Positions 1-9,440 of a stretch of 36,888 bases of DNA are shown piece after piece; position 1 is the stretch's first letter; each line of letters begins with the position of its first letter. The notes below the pieces were generated by a model. It made no database searches and was not told the origin of the DNA. It worked only from the letters and a program-made list of their open reading frames with translations. Position numbers and translations under genes: made by a program. This stretch comes from Bacillota bacterium. Lineage in GTDB: Bacteria; Bacillota; Clostridia; Acetivibrionales; DSM-2933. The DNA is taken from positions 1-36,888 of the forward strand of contig JAUZPS010000001.1 in the NCBI GenBank assembly GCA_030705945.1, written 5' to 3'.

Positions 1-1520
1 CCGATATTGATGATTGACGAAGCCTTAATCTTTCCTGTAGATTCCTGTTGAAGATGTTCATCTAGATGAGCAATTTCAACTTTAATTTCTTCCATCCTGT
101 TTGAAAGATATACTTTTGTCCTGACGCTTTTTACAAGGATCTCCTGTTTTTCGGGAGTTAATGCCCCTACGCTTTCAAGCTTCTTTAAAATAGCAATGGC
201 TTGTTCAGATTTTTTCAAATCGCTTTCAACATTAACAATTTCTTCCTTCAAGGCTTTATAACGTTCTCTGAGAGTTGGATCAACACCTACTTCCAGCTCG
301 GTAACTGTCGCCATAGGGGAACCAATAACCTTAGCTGTAATTAACTTTCCAACCTTGCATATACCTCCGACAAGCAAACCTTTGTTGCCTGTCAACTCCA
401 ATTTCTCTCCGCATTTAACATTGCTATGCATTATAGCTTCTGCTTTAATTTCATTTCTTGCCTCAATTGTGCTGTGTTCGATGTATTTTGCAATTATGTC
501 TCCCCCGCTTTTTAAGTAGCCCTTGCCCATTCCCTGCATGCCTCTTCTTAAAATAATATCTCCCCCGGCTTTAATGGAAGCGCTTTCAACTACACCCCAA
601 ACTTCAACATTTCCGCCCGCTTCAATTGAAAAACCTGATAGAACGTTTCCTCTTACAATAACATTTCCTATAAAACTTATATTACCTGTTGTCGTGTCAA
701 CATCCGCATTAACTTCATAAATTGAAAATACATTAATTTTTCCTTCAATAAAGCATACCTGTCCATCAATACCGGCTACCAGCGATTTACCATCTTCGGA
801 TACATCAACGTTTCTTCCCTTTGGTAATACTGTAGCTTTACCGCTAATTGCGGGAATATCAACGCCCATTACATTCTTTCCCGGCGTTCCGTTTACAGGC
901 GGAAATAGGGTACAAAGTCTTTTCCCTTTTTGCGCGCTTTCAACAAGATTCAGTTCCCTGTAGTCCACTCTTCCATCCTCAAGAATTGTAGGCTTTCTAT
1001 CGCTGCTGACATCAAAATCAAATTCAATCCTTCCATTTTCTCCGTTAATGGGCTGAACCCCTTCAGCTATCAAAATCTGTTGATTGAATACAGGATATTT
1101 CAACGCGTCTTCTATAGCCTTGCTGATTACTCCGTATTTAACTCCATTTTGCTTCAGCAACATTAAAACTTCTTCACAAGTCATCATTCTTCCGCCCTCA
1201 GGGGCGCTGAATGTAATATAAACCTTCATCTTATCAGGCGTTACAGTTATTGTTCCGGTGGCGTCAACCTTAACCTCATCCTGCTTGTCCGCGATCTTAA
1301 CAGGGGTTCTGTCAGCTTTTAAAGCAGCAAAATCAATTGAGCCTTTTGAGTAATTCTTGACCTGCTTTCTGTTTAATTTCTCAAGAATTTCCCATGTCTC
1401 AACTTTATTCCCTTTTCCAACAGGAGGATTTACTATAATATAAACACCATCTTCTTCGTATTTTATTTCATAAGAACCGTCATTAACTTTTGAACCGTTC
1501 TCGCTTTTTAAATCAAGCAT
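1..1520 (-). CDS. FapA/DUF342-family flagellar-associated protein, 3' end runs off the window
   Basis: Not in the ORF track because no stop falls in the window. ATG at 1520 with GGGAGG SD. Read by hand: MLDLKSENGSKVNDGSYEIKYEEDGVYIIVNPPVG..., then VDTTTGNISFIGNVIVRGNVLSGFSIEAGGNVEVWGVVE and a C-terminal coiled coil, typical of DUF342. Position after sigD is common in Clostridia. Confidence 0.85.
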   Translation of the reverse strand, partial: MLDLKSENGSKVNDGSYEIKYEEDGVYIIVNPPVGKGNKVETWEILEKLNRKQVKNYSKGSIDFAALKADRTPVKIADKQDEVKVDATGTITVTPDKMKVYITFSAPEGGRMMTCEEVLMLLKQNGVKYGVISKAIEDALKYPVFNQQILIAEGVQPINGENGRIEFDFDVSSDRKPTILEDGRVDYRELNLVESAQKGKRLCTLFPPVNGTPGKNVMGVDIPAISGKATVLPKGRNVDVSEDGKSLVAGIDGQVCFIEGKINVFSIYEVNADVDTTTGNISFIGNVIVRGNVLSGFSIEAGGNVEVWGVVESASIKAGGDIILRRGMQGMGKGYLKSGGDIIAKYIEHSTIEARNEIKAEAIMHSNVKCGEKLELTGNKGLLVGGICKVGKLITAKVIGSPMATVTELEVGVDPTLRERYKALKEEIVNVESDLKKSEQAIAILKKLESVGALTPEKQEILVKSVRTKVYLSNRMEEIKVEIAHLDEHLQQESTGKIKASSIINI

Positions 1521-1560
1521 CGTCGTCTACCTCCCATCATAAAATTTGGGGATTAATCTA

Positions 1561-1635
1561 TATAAAAAGCGCTATTAATCTTACATTTAACGTTATTTTG
1601 CGATAGGCAAATGTAAAAGATTAATTGCTTTTTAT
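1561..1635. repeat. Palindromic repeat family A, internally deleted copy
   Basis: aaaaagcgctattaatcttacattt|aacgttattttgcgataggcaaatgtaaaagattaattgcttttt; matches the copies at ~27590 and ~31446 but lacks 25 nt of the core. Confidence 0.9.
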
Positions 1636-1656
1636 CCATATGAAAATCATTATTTG

Positions 1657-2427
1657 CTAATCCTTTAAAATAGATCTGTGCCTAGCAAGCTTACCCCGCA
1701 GCCGTAGAATAGCCTTCGTATGAAGCTGTGATATACGCGACTCTGACACTTTCATAATCGCGCTGATCTCTTTTAATGTAAGTTCCTCAAAATAGTAAAA
1801 GGATATAACCGTTTTTTCTTTTTCAGGAAGTTTGCTTATAGCATCGCTTAAAATCTCTTTTAGTTCCGCTATTTCTATGTAACTTTCAGGTTTGTCCTCA
1901 TTTCTGGAATTTGGTTGATCAACGCCAATTTCATAATTCTGCTCTAGAAAATCCTCCAATGAAACCATTGAAGATACGCTAACGTCATTTAGCAGCTTAT
2001 AAAACTCGTCAAGAGAAATTCCCAACTTATCAGCTACTTCCTTATCTGACGCAGAATGTCCTAATTGATTCTCAATTTCAAAATAAACCCTTTCAAGTTC
2101 CTTGTTCTTTTGTCTTAAGGACCTTGGAACCCAATCCATTTCCCTTATACTGTCAATAATTGAGCCTCTGATTCTTAAAGAAGCATAGGTTTCAAACTTG
2201 ACTCCCTTGCTTAGATCAAACTTTTCAATAGCGTCAATTAGACCGAAAACACCAAAACCCATGAGGTCATCATATTCGACATTTGATCCGAAGTATATAC
2301 TAAGTCTGCCCGCAACATATTTAATTAGGTGAGCATACTCGATTATAAGTTTCTCCCTAATAACAGGGTCTTTGTTATCACTGTACTGCTTCCATAAATC
2401 AATTTGCTTAATATTTGTAGATAGCAT
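1657..2427 (-). CDS. sigD: Flagellar sigma factor sigma-28 (SigD/FliA/WhiG family)
   Basis: GLIDAIEKFD, FETYASLRIRGSIIDSIREMDWVPRS, ELTLKEI...VSESRISQLH motifs; ATG 2427 after GGGGG SD (track starts at TTG 2430). Confidence 0.95.
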   Translation of the reverse strand: MLSTNIKQIDLWKQYSDNKDPVIREKLIIEYAHLIKYVAGRLSIYFGSNVEYDDLMGFGVFGLIDAIEKFDLSKGVKFETYASLRIRGSIIDSIREMDWVPRSLRQKNKELERVYFEIENQLGHSASDKEVADKLGISLDEFYKLLNDVSVSSMVSLEDFLEQNYEIGVDQPNSRNEDKPESYIEIAELKEILSDAISKLPEKEKTVISFYYFEELTLKEISAIMKVSESRISQLHTKAILRLRGKLARHRSILKD

Positions 2428-2484
2428 CAAAATCCCCCATTACCAATAAATTTAGTTCCATGAAAATAATTTAGTATAGCTCTT

Positions 2485-2817
2485 CTATTCTTCAGCCTTA
2501 AAATCCATATTATGCAAACTTAGATCCGGCGTTTCTTTAGTATCTGAAATGTTAATTTCACTTTCATCAGCTTTCATGCTTTCCTCTCTTTCCATTTCCT
2601 CCTTTTCCAACTCCTCCTTTCTCTTTCTGTCCAGTTCCTCATAAATATCTGTAAATATTCTCCGAGCAACTATTCCCAGCATATAAAATATAATTAAACC
2701 AATGGTCATCTTTACACAAGTATCTTTTAGATAATCAGCTCCTTTATAACTAATAAAGCCGATAACGATAGCCATAATTGAGCTTATTATAAATGGAAAT
2801 CTTTGGATATAATTCAT
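2485..2817 (-). CDS. Small hypothetical membrane protein (2 TM segments plus acidic coiled-coil tail)
   Basis: ORF in operon orientation; ATG 2817 after GAGAGGA SD; two hydrophobic stretches followed by an E/K-rich tail. Confidence 0.75.
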   Translation of the reverse strand: MNYIQRFPFIISSIMAIVIGFISYKGADYLKDTCVKMTIGLIIFYMLGIVARRIFTDIYEELDRKRKEELEKEEMEREESMKADESEINISDTKETPDLSLHNMDFKAEE

Positions 2818-2840
2818 CCGGATTCCTCTCAATCTCGTTC

Positions 2841-3326
2841 CTAAATATATTTAAGTCCAAATCCTACAGTTTTAATGGTCAGTTTTCCGTCTGAAGAATT
2901 AAGTTCTATGGTTCTCCCGTGGTTTCCACCCACATCTTCAGCAATTATAGGTATTCCCAATTCAGCCAGCGCTTCCTTTGATGCTGCTATATTCCTAAGC
3001 CCAATCCTGATAGAGTCGCTAGAATCGTTAAAAGAAAACATCTGAGCTCCGCCGGCAAGTTTTGCGGTTATTGACCTCTTATTTGCGCCAAGTTTTATCA
3101 TGCCCTCTAAAAGTCTGACTATTGCAGTATCCGCAAACTTGGCTTCATTAACAACTGTCTTCGCTATTTTACTTGAAGGCAGCATTATATGCGCCATCCC
3201 GATTATTTTTGTGGTAGAATCATATAACGCTATTCCAACGCACGAACCTAAACCGAGAGTAACGAGCACACCCGGATGAGAAGACACTTTATAATCAGCC
3301 ATGCCTACCTTTATATTATCCTGCAT
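2841..3326 (-). CDS. cheD: Chemoreceptor glutamine deamidase CheD
   Basis: TLGLGSCVGIALYD, AHIMLP, AKLAGGAQMF, EDVGGNHGRT; overlaps the cheC stop. Confidence 0.95.
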   Translation of the reverse strand: MQDNIKVGMADYKVSSHPGVLVTLGLGSCVGIALYDSTTKIIGMAHIMLPSSKIAKTVVNEAKFADTAIVRLLEGMIKLGANKRSITAKLAGGAQMFSFNDSSDSIRIGLRNIAASKEALAELGIPIIAEDVGGNHGRTIELNSSDGKLTIKTVGFGLKYI

Positions 3327-3946
3327 CAGACTATTACTCCTAATGACTTTAATAATATTTCATAGGAACCAACATCAGGTATCAAAAAGAAATCACCTAT
3401 AACTTTGTTATCGCCTTCATTGAACTCTGACTCAATAAACAATACGGTTTCGCCCATCTTACCAAATTCGATGGCAGGCACGCTAAGTATAGCGCCGGCC
3501 ATATCAATAGCTACATCCGGAATACTGCATAAAACCTTAAGACTGGTGAGCATTGACAAAGCTGCAACATATGATCCAGTCATTATATTGCCAAGTTCTT
3601 TTATTGCGGACATTTCCATCTCATCAAAAAATTCGCTTGCGCTTTCTTTAAATCCAAATAACATATTAACCAATAATCTGGCTGATTTTTTATCAAGCAT
3701 AAACAGGATGCTTCCTGTAAGATCTCCTGTCATCCTGAGCAGTATCCCGACAACAGGCTCTTCAGGCTCAATCAACATGTCGGAAATTTTATTGAACTCA
3801 AGAATCTTAACTTTAGGAACCGACATATCAATCTTTCTGTTTATCATTTTTGCCAGCGCGCTAATAGCATTTCCTGCTCCAATATTGCCTATTTCCCGAA
3901 GAACATCAAGTTGAATGTTATTGAACTCATTAAAATTAATTGTCAT
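3326..3946 (-). CDS. cheC: CheY-P phosphatase CheC
   Basis: Two D/SxxxExxN motifs (DVLREIGNI, SAIKELGNI); adjacent to cheD. Confidence 0.93.
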   Translation of the reverse strand: MTINFNEFNNIQLDVLREIGNIGAGNAISALAKMINRKIDMSVPKVKILEFNKISDMLIEPEEPVVGILLRMTGDLTGSILFMLDKKSARLLVNMLFGFKESASEFFDEMEMSAIKELGNIMTGSYVAALSMLTSLKVLCSIPDVAIDMAGAILSVPAIEFGKMGETVLFIESEFNEGDNKVIGDFFLIPDVGSYEILLKSLGVIV

Positions 3947-3969
3947 AATCTTTACTCCTTGAAGCTTAA

Positions 3970-4040
3970 TTAAAACGCTATTAATTTTACATTTGAAAGA
4001 GCGGCGCGTCTATACAAAGCAAAATCAATAGTGATTTTAA
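3970..4040. repeat. Degenerate family A-like inverted repeat between cheW and cheC
   Basis: ttaaaacgctattaattttacatttg ... caaagcaaaatcaatagtgattttaa; arms are imperfectly complementary and the left arm resembles family A. Confidence 0.6.
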
Positions 4041-4041
4041 C

Positions 4042-4494
4042 TCATTCTTTAATAGAAATATTTACTAATTTTTCTATATTTAAAAGAGTAATAACTCTAT
4101 CGTCCACCTTACCCGCTCCAAGGATATTTTCCATCAGGCCTTCATTGCCAAGGCTTGTTATACTTTCAATATTATCTTCACAGATATTAATAACTTCTTT
4201 TACTTCATCCACAATAATTCCAAACTGGATTTCTTCGAACTTCACAATTATTATCCTGGTTTCTTCTGTTTCCTCAGAATGAGGAAGGTCAAACCTTTCC
4301 CTCAAATCCATTATAGGAGCAATGTCCCCTCTTAAGTTTATAACGCCCTTAATGTATGTTGGGGTTTTAGGAACTCTGGTAATAGGTATCATCTTTTCAA
4401 TTGTATTTACTATCTGAATATCTAAGCCGTATTCTTCGTTTGATAGCACAAAAACAACAAACTGAGTTGTATTCAAAGCAACCGCTTCACTCAT
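4042..4494 (-). CDS. cheW: Chemotaxis coupling protein CheW
   Basis: ITRVPKTPTYIKGVINLRGDI, GIIVDEV; probable start ATG 4494 after GAAGGGAG. Confidence 0.95.
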   Translation of the reverse strand: MSEAVALNTTQFVVFVLSNEEYGLDIQIVNTIEKMIPITRVPKTPTYIKGVINLRGDIAPIMDLRERFDLPHSEETEETRIIIVKFEEIQFGIIVDEVKEVINICEDNIESITSLGNEGLMENILGAGKVDDRVITLLNIEKLVNISIKE

Positions 4495-4554
4495 AAGACG
4501 CTCTCCCTTCATCGTTATTGCCGCATAGCGGCTTTTTCCTAAGGTCCAATACCG

Positions 4555-4604
4555 GGGTTAACGGCAATTTAACTCAATGCTCAATATTAAACCGCCGCTA
4601 TCCC
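4555..4604 (-). other. Long stem-loop downstream of cheA
   Basis: mRNA GGGAUAGCGGCGGUUUAA-loop-UUAAAUUGCCGUUAACCC, about 17 pairs including G-U; no U-tract. Confidence 0.7.
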
Positions 4605-4630
4605 TAATGTAGATTTCTTAAAACGCTAAA

Positions 4631-6694
4631 TTATACCGCCAGTGAGTTAACATCCAGAATAAGAGCAACATTTCCGTCCCCTAAAATTGTCGCTCCAGCT
4701 ATTGTCCTGATGCCTCCCAGAAGTTTTCCTAAAGATTTGATAACTATTTCATGCTGCCCTATAAGGTTGTCTACAAGGAATCCTGATAATTTTTCACCCT
4801 TCTTAACTATAACAACGGTCAGTAATTTATTATTCTTCTGACTTGGAGGAACATCAAGGATGTCTCCGACTCTTATTATCGGAACAATTATGTTCCTTAA
4901 AAGTATAATCTCTTGTTTTTGAACCTGCTTAATATCTTCAGGTTTTACTTTTATAATTTCTCTTATAGTATTTAACGGCAGAGCGTACTTTTCTTCATTT
5001 ATTTGCACCAGCAACGCCTGAATTATAGCAAGCGTTAATGGAAGCCGTATTATAAATTTACTGCCTTTGCCTGCTTCAGTATCAACTTCAACAACTCCAC
5101 CTAGGGCTTCAATTTTTGTTTTAACAACGTCAAGCCCAACGCCTCTTCCTGATAAATCTGTTATCTTTTCGGTGGTGCTGAAACTTGGCTTAAACAGAAA
5201 ATCAATTATATCCTTTTGCGACAGGTTTTTTGCAACGTCCTTATTGACAAATCCCTTTTCAATTGCCTTTTTCTTAACCTTTTCAAGATCAATACCCCGT
5301 CCGTCATCTTCCACTTCTATTATAACGTTATTGCCATCCTGGTAAGCTCTGAGATTAATATGACCTACCTCAGACTTGCCTGTTTCCTTTCGTTTCTCTA
5401 CCGACTCAATTCCATGGTCCGCAGAATTTCTGAGCAGATGAATTAAAGGATCTCCGATTTCATCAATTACAGTTCTATCCAATTCGGTTTCTTCCCCGGA
5501 CATATTAAGCTCCAATTCCTTGCCAAGGCTTCTTGATATATCCCTAAGCATCCTTGGGAATCTATTGAACACAGTTTCAACAGGCACCATTCTGACTTTC
5601 ATAACGGCGTCATGGAGGCTTGTTGTAACCCTTTCAAAATATTCAATAACTTCATTGTAGTTCTGTGTTCTTTCGATCTCATCCAGACCTTCGAGTCTGG
5701 TTTTTATTATTATCAATTCACTTACAAGATTCATCAAAACATCTAGTCTGTCAATATCAACTCTCACAGTTTTACCTGTCTTCATATTGCTTTTTGATGT
5801 CTGAACCGCTTTATGATTTTCAGGTTCGCTCTCTTCAGGCTGATTTTCCCCAATCTGTTCTGTTTTTTGTTCTGTTTCCTGAGCAATAACTTCCTGAACA
5901 GTTTGAAAATTGGAGGCATGAATTGTTGAAATAATTACCTCCTCAACCTCAGCAATTGATGTAATTTCCTTTTGAAATGTCTCTTCATCTTTTTTAGAGA
6001 TAACTATAACTGTAAATTCAAAGTCAAACTTTTCATCTTCAATATCCTCTACCCTTGGCTCTGACTTAATTATTTCCGAATAGCGTTCTAGAGTCTGGAA
6101 AATAATAAAGGATCTTGCTGACTTTAAAACGCAACCTTTATTCAAAACTATTGTTATTTTATAAACATTCATTGCCATTTCAACTGCTTTGTTAACCAGG
6201 TTCTGTTCATATTGGTTCATTTTAAAGTTAAGAGTTGATAAATTAGAAGGCTTCTCTTCATTTTGAAGGTTCTTGTCTCCAGTTGCGACTTTAATTGGGG
6301 TATTGTCAATTTTTTTCTTAAGAATATTGTCAAGACCGTTTATTATATCTGTATATTCTTCATTTCCTTCACTACCTTTTGTAATAACTTCATTAACATA
6401 GCTGTCTAATGCGTCAAGGCACTTGAACATTAAATCAACCATATCGGTACTAACTTTTATTTCATTGCTACGAAGCGCATGGAGTACATTCTCCATATCA
6501 TGAGTCAATTTAGCCATTTTATTGAAACCCATTGTTCCTGCCATGCCTTTAAGTGTATGCGCTACCCTGAATATCTCATTCAACATCGGTACATCCTGAG
6601 GATTCTTTTCAAGCTGAAGCAGACTCTGATTTAATCCTTGCAAATGCTCTTTCGATTCCTCAATAAATATTTCCAGATACTGGCTCATATCCAT
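4631..6694 (-). CDS. cheA: Chemotaxis histidine kinase CheA
   Basis: Hpt FRVAHTLKG, P2 domain, HLLRNSADHGIE, DDGRG, SGRGVGLDVVK, C-terminal CheW-like domain. Confidence 0.98.
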   Translation of the reverse strand: MDMSQYLEIFIEESKEHLQGLNQSLLQLEKNPQDVPMLNEIFRVAHTLKGMAGTMGFNKMAKLTHDMENVLHALRSNEIKVSTDMVDLMFKCLDALDSYVNEVITKGSEGNEEYTDIINGLDNILKKKIDNTPIKVATGDKNLQNEEKPSNLSTLNFKMNQYEQNLVNKAVEMAMNVYKITIVLNKGCVLKSARSFIIFQTLERYSEIIKSEPRVEDIEDEKFDFEFTVIVISKKDEETFQKEITSIAEVEEVIISTIHASNFQTVQEVIAQETEQKTEQIGENQPEESEPENHKAVQTSKSNMKTGKTVRVDIDRLDVLMNLVSELIIIKTRLEGLDEIERTQNYNEVIEYFERVTTSLHDAVMKVRMVPVETVFNRFPRMLRDISRSLGKELELNMSGEETELDRTVIDEIGDPLIHLLRNSADHGIESVEKRKETGKSEVGHINLRAYQDGNNVIIEVEDDGRGIDLEKVKKKAIEKGFVNKDVAKNLSQKDIIDFLFKPSFSTTEKITDLSGRGVGLDVVKTKIEALGGVVEVDTEAGKGSKFIIRLPLTLAIIQALLVQINEEKYALPLNTIREIIKVKPEDIKQVQKQEIILLRNIIVPIIRVGDILDVPPSQKNNKLLTVVIVKKGEKLSGFLVDNLIGQHEIVIKSLGKLLGGIRTIAGATILGDGNVALILDVNSLAV

Positions 6695-6699
6695 TATTC

Positions 6700-7794
6700 C
6701 TACACCCCCACTATCTCCGTAATCTTTTTCGTGATATTGTTAAGCGGTACAATTTCATCAACTATTCCTAGATCTACAGCAACTTTAGGCATTCCATATA
6801 CTGTGCTTGTTTTTTCATCCTGCGCGATTATATATCCGTTATTCTCTTGCTTTATTCTCTTAGCCCCTTCACTTCCATCCCCACCCATCCCAGTCATTAT
6901 CACTCCCACCAGATTCGCCAGACCTGTGTCGCTGAGGGAATCCATCATAACTGTGGCAGATGGCCTGTGGGCGCCGTACGGTGGGTCTTTTGTCAGCTTT
7001 ATTTGTAGAGTCCTGTCTCTGTTTAAACCTACCTTCATATGATAATCCCCTGGAGCGATATATACTGATCCCGCTTTGATTATCTCATTATCCTCTGCTT
7101 CTTTGACCCGCACATTACTTATGGAGTCCAGTCTTTCTGCCAACGACTTAGTAAAACCTGGCGGCATATGCTGAACAACCAGAAACGCTGCAGGTATATT
7201 CGCAGGAATAAGCGGTATTACATCTCTTAATGCTTTTGGCCCGCCGGTAGAGATACCGATAGCAACAATTTTTTTGATTGACGCGCTGCCAACATTCTCC
7301 TCTTTTCCAACAGACTTTGGCGTATTAAAGCTTTTAACTTCATTTACTTCCCTTTGCTTCCTGTTAGGGACATTGCATTTTAGTCTTGAAATAACCTTTA
7401 CTTTTTCAAGCAGTTCTTTTTTTTTATCCTCGGACGAAATTTGAAAAATGTTTGTAGGCTTTGTTATAAAATCAATTGCGCCATGTTCGAGAGCTTTAAT
7501 TGTTGCATCCGCGCCTTCATGAGTATGGCTGCTTAACATGATTACCGGAATATCGCGCATCTTTGTCAGTTCCTTAAGACAGGTAAGTCCATCCATTACT
7601 GGCATTTCAACATCTAAGGTTATAACATCAGGCTTCAGTTCTGCAGCTTTCTTGATGGCTTCCTTTCCATTTCTAGCCGTATCGATTACCTCAATTTCTT
7701 CATCGCTGTTTAAAATATCTGAAATAACCTTTCTCATAAATGCCGAGTCATCAACAACCAGTACTTTAATAGGATTTGCATTTACTTTTAACAT
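6700..7794 (-). CDS. cheB: Chemotaxis methylesterase/response regulator CheB
   Basis: REC domain (VVDDSAFMR, LDVEMP) plus esterase motifs ISTGGP, QHMP, TGMGGDG. Confidence 0.97.
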   Translation of the reverse strand: MLKVNANPIKVLVVDDSAFMRKVISDILNSDEEIEVIDTARNGKEAIKKAAELKPDVITLDVEMPVMDGLTCLKELTKMRDIPVIMLSSHTHEGADATIKALEHGAIDFITKPTNIFQISSEDKKKELLEKVKVISRLKCNVPNRKQREVNEVKSFNTPKSVGKEENVGSASIKKIVAIGISTGGPKALRDVIPLIPANIPAAFLVVQHMPPGFTKSLAERLDSISNVRVKEAEDNEIIKAGSVYIAPGDYHMKVGLNRDRTLQIKLTKDPPYGAHRPSATVMMDSLSDTGLANLVGVIMTGMGGDGSEGAKRIKQENNGYIIAQDEKTSTVYGMPKVAVDLGIVDEIVPLNNITKKITEIVGV

Positions 7795-7798
7795 AATT

Positions 7799-8479
7799 TC
7801 AAATCAATCCTTTTTGTCTTAATTTTCTTTGTTCTTGAAAAATAAAGCTTATAATTGACTCCCTGGTTTTATTATCGATATTAAAAAATTCCACTCCTGC
7901 TTCAAATCTGTCCTTGGTTTGGGCATGCAAATGGCTTCGGACTATTGTGCCTAAAAACTTCACAACCTGCTGCTCTGACAATCTAAGCTCACACTCAATC
8001 ATTTTACCTTTTTCCAATCCTTCCATCAGAACAAGACAGGTTCCTCCTCCGCTGATATCCCTGGTAAGGCCCGTTGAGAATCGACCTTTAGGTATAACTT
8101 TATTATTTTCCAATTCAACTTCTCTGCATCTTACATCTAAAACACAATCGAATCTGAAAAACTGCCTTCTTTGAATCCTTTCAATTTCAGGTTCAATATT
8201 TAATTTATAAAGTGGTAATCCTTCTTTTACTAACCTCTCAGACATAATTGCTTTAATTTTATAAAATTCATTTTTCTTGCAAATATACAAGCTGATTTTC
8301 ATTCCGATATACGCTGTAACATATTTCCCTTCATATATGGGAGCGGCTACATAAATTGTTTTATCTCCTTCAGCCCATTCAAATTCACTGATATAAAGGC
8401 TACTTGACCCTTCAGTCTTTAAGTTATCGATTATTTCAATTTCTAATTTTGTTCCTGGTTGTAATTCGGAAGCTTTCAT
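7799..8479 (-). CDS. YcgR/MotI-like PilZ-domain c-di-GMP receptor (flagellar brake type)
   Basis: QRRQFFR (RxxxR) and DISGGG (DxSxxG) intact, N-terminal YcgR-like domain; probable start ATG 8479 after GGGGG. Confidence 0.88.
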   Translation of the reverse strand: MKASELQPGTKLEIEIIDNLKTEGSSSLYISEFEWAEGDKTIYVAAPIYEGKYVTAYIGMKISLYICKKNEFYKIKAIMSERLVKEGLPLYKLNIEPEIERIQRRQFFRFDCVLDVRCREVELENNKVIPKGRFSTGLTRDISGGGTCLVLMEGLEKGKMIECELRLSEQQVVKFLGTIVRSHLHAQTKDRFEAGVEFFNIDNKTRESIISFIFQEQRKLRQKGLI

Positions 8480-8527
8480 ATATACCCCCGCATTCTTAAT
8501 ATGAGGTTTTAGTTCTAACTTATGCAT

Positions 8528-9439
8528 CTAACTGCTTATAAATCCTAAAAGTCTGTTTACAAATCCTTTGATGCCTTTTATTTCTGATGTATTTTCATTC
8601 TTGATACTATCAATCATTTTCTTGGAAATATCTTTAACCTGTTTTGAAGCTTGACTTTTAGGAAAACTCAACAGGAATGGTTTCTGTGTCTTAACGGCTT
8701 TTATTACAGCTTCATCCTGAAATACATATCCTAGAGGTAGAAGTTTTAATGAAAGAAATTTCTCCGATACCAAGGAAAGTTTATCAAGCAGTATATTTGC
8801 TTCGTTTGTATCTTCAGCTCTGTTTACTATAACTTTTATAACCCTGCTTTTATCCCTGTTTGAAACCATTTTTATTAAGGCGTACGCATCGGTTATTGAT
8901 GTAGGCTCAGGCGTAGTTACAAGCAGCACCTCATCTGCGGACATAACAAAGTTCATTACATTATCTGATAAACCTGCTCCTGTATCAATAAGTATTATAT
9001 CCGCTATCTTGTCCATAAGAGAAATATTAAAAACAAACTTATCCAACTGGCTCTTATCGAGCTTTACTAATTCCTCAACTCCCGAGCCTCCTGAGATGAA
9101 TTTCACATTGCTTGGGCCCTCGGAAAGTATCTCGAGAATATTTTTTTCATGATGTATAACATCAACCAACGAAAACTTGGGTACGATTCCAAATAATACA
9201 TCTATATTTGCCAGCCCGAAATCAGCATCCAATATAACCACTTTAAGTCCCATCTCGCTTAAGGCTATACCTAAGTTAACCGCTATATTCGTCTTGCCGA
9301 CCCCGCCTTTTCCGCTTGTTACTGCTATAACTTTAGCATTCTTTTTTTCAACGACAGCGGACAACTCAGCCTGGTTTATTGTCTGCTTTAGTTTTAAACT
9401 ATCAACGATTTTCCTTAATCTTTCAGCCTGATCCATCAT
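8528..9439 (-). CDS. flhG: MinD-like ATPase FlhG/FleN (YlxH)
   Basis: N-terminal DQAxxLR activator helix, SGKGGVGKT, DADFGLAN, TPEPTSITDAY. Confidence 0.95.
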   Translation of the reverse strand: MMDQAERLRKIVDSLKLKQTINQAELSAVVEKKNAKVIAVTSGKGGVGKTNIAVNLGIALSEMGLKVVILDADFGLANIDVLFGIVPKFSLVDVIHHEKNILEILSEGPSNVKFISGGSGVEELVKLDKSQLDKFVFNISLMDKIADIILIDTGAGLSDNVMNFVMSADEVLLVTTPEPTSITDAYALIKMVSNRDKSRVIKVIVNRAEDTNEANILLDKLSLVSEKFLSLKLLPLGYVFQDEAVIKAVKTQKPFLLSFPKSQASKQVKDISKKMIDSIKNENTSEIKGIKGFVNRLLGFISS

Positions 9440-9440
9440 A

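Noticed and set aside
4530-4570. Plus-strand resemblance (cctaag...ccggggtta) to the 3' half of a c-di-GMP-I riboswitch
   Set aside because: It is antisense to the operon, lacks the 5' half motifs, and is better explained by the minus-strand hairpin
7417-7425. A9 tract in cheB as a phase-variation or frameshift site
   Set aside because: The frame is intact and such Lys-codon runs are expected in an AT-rich genome
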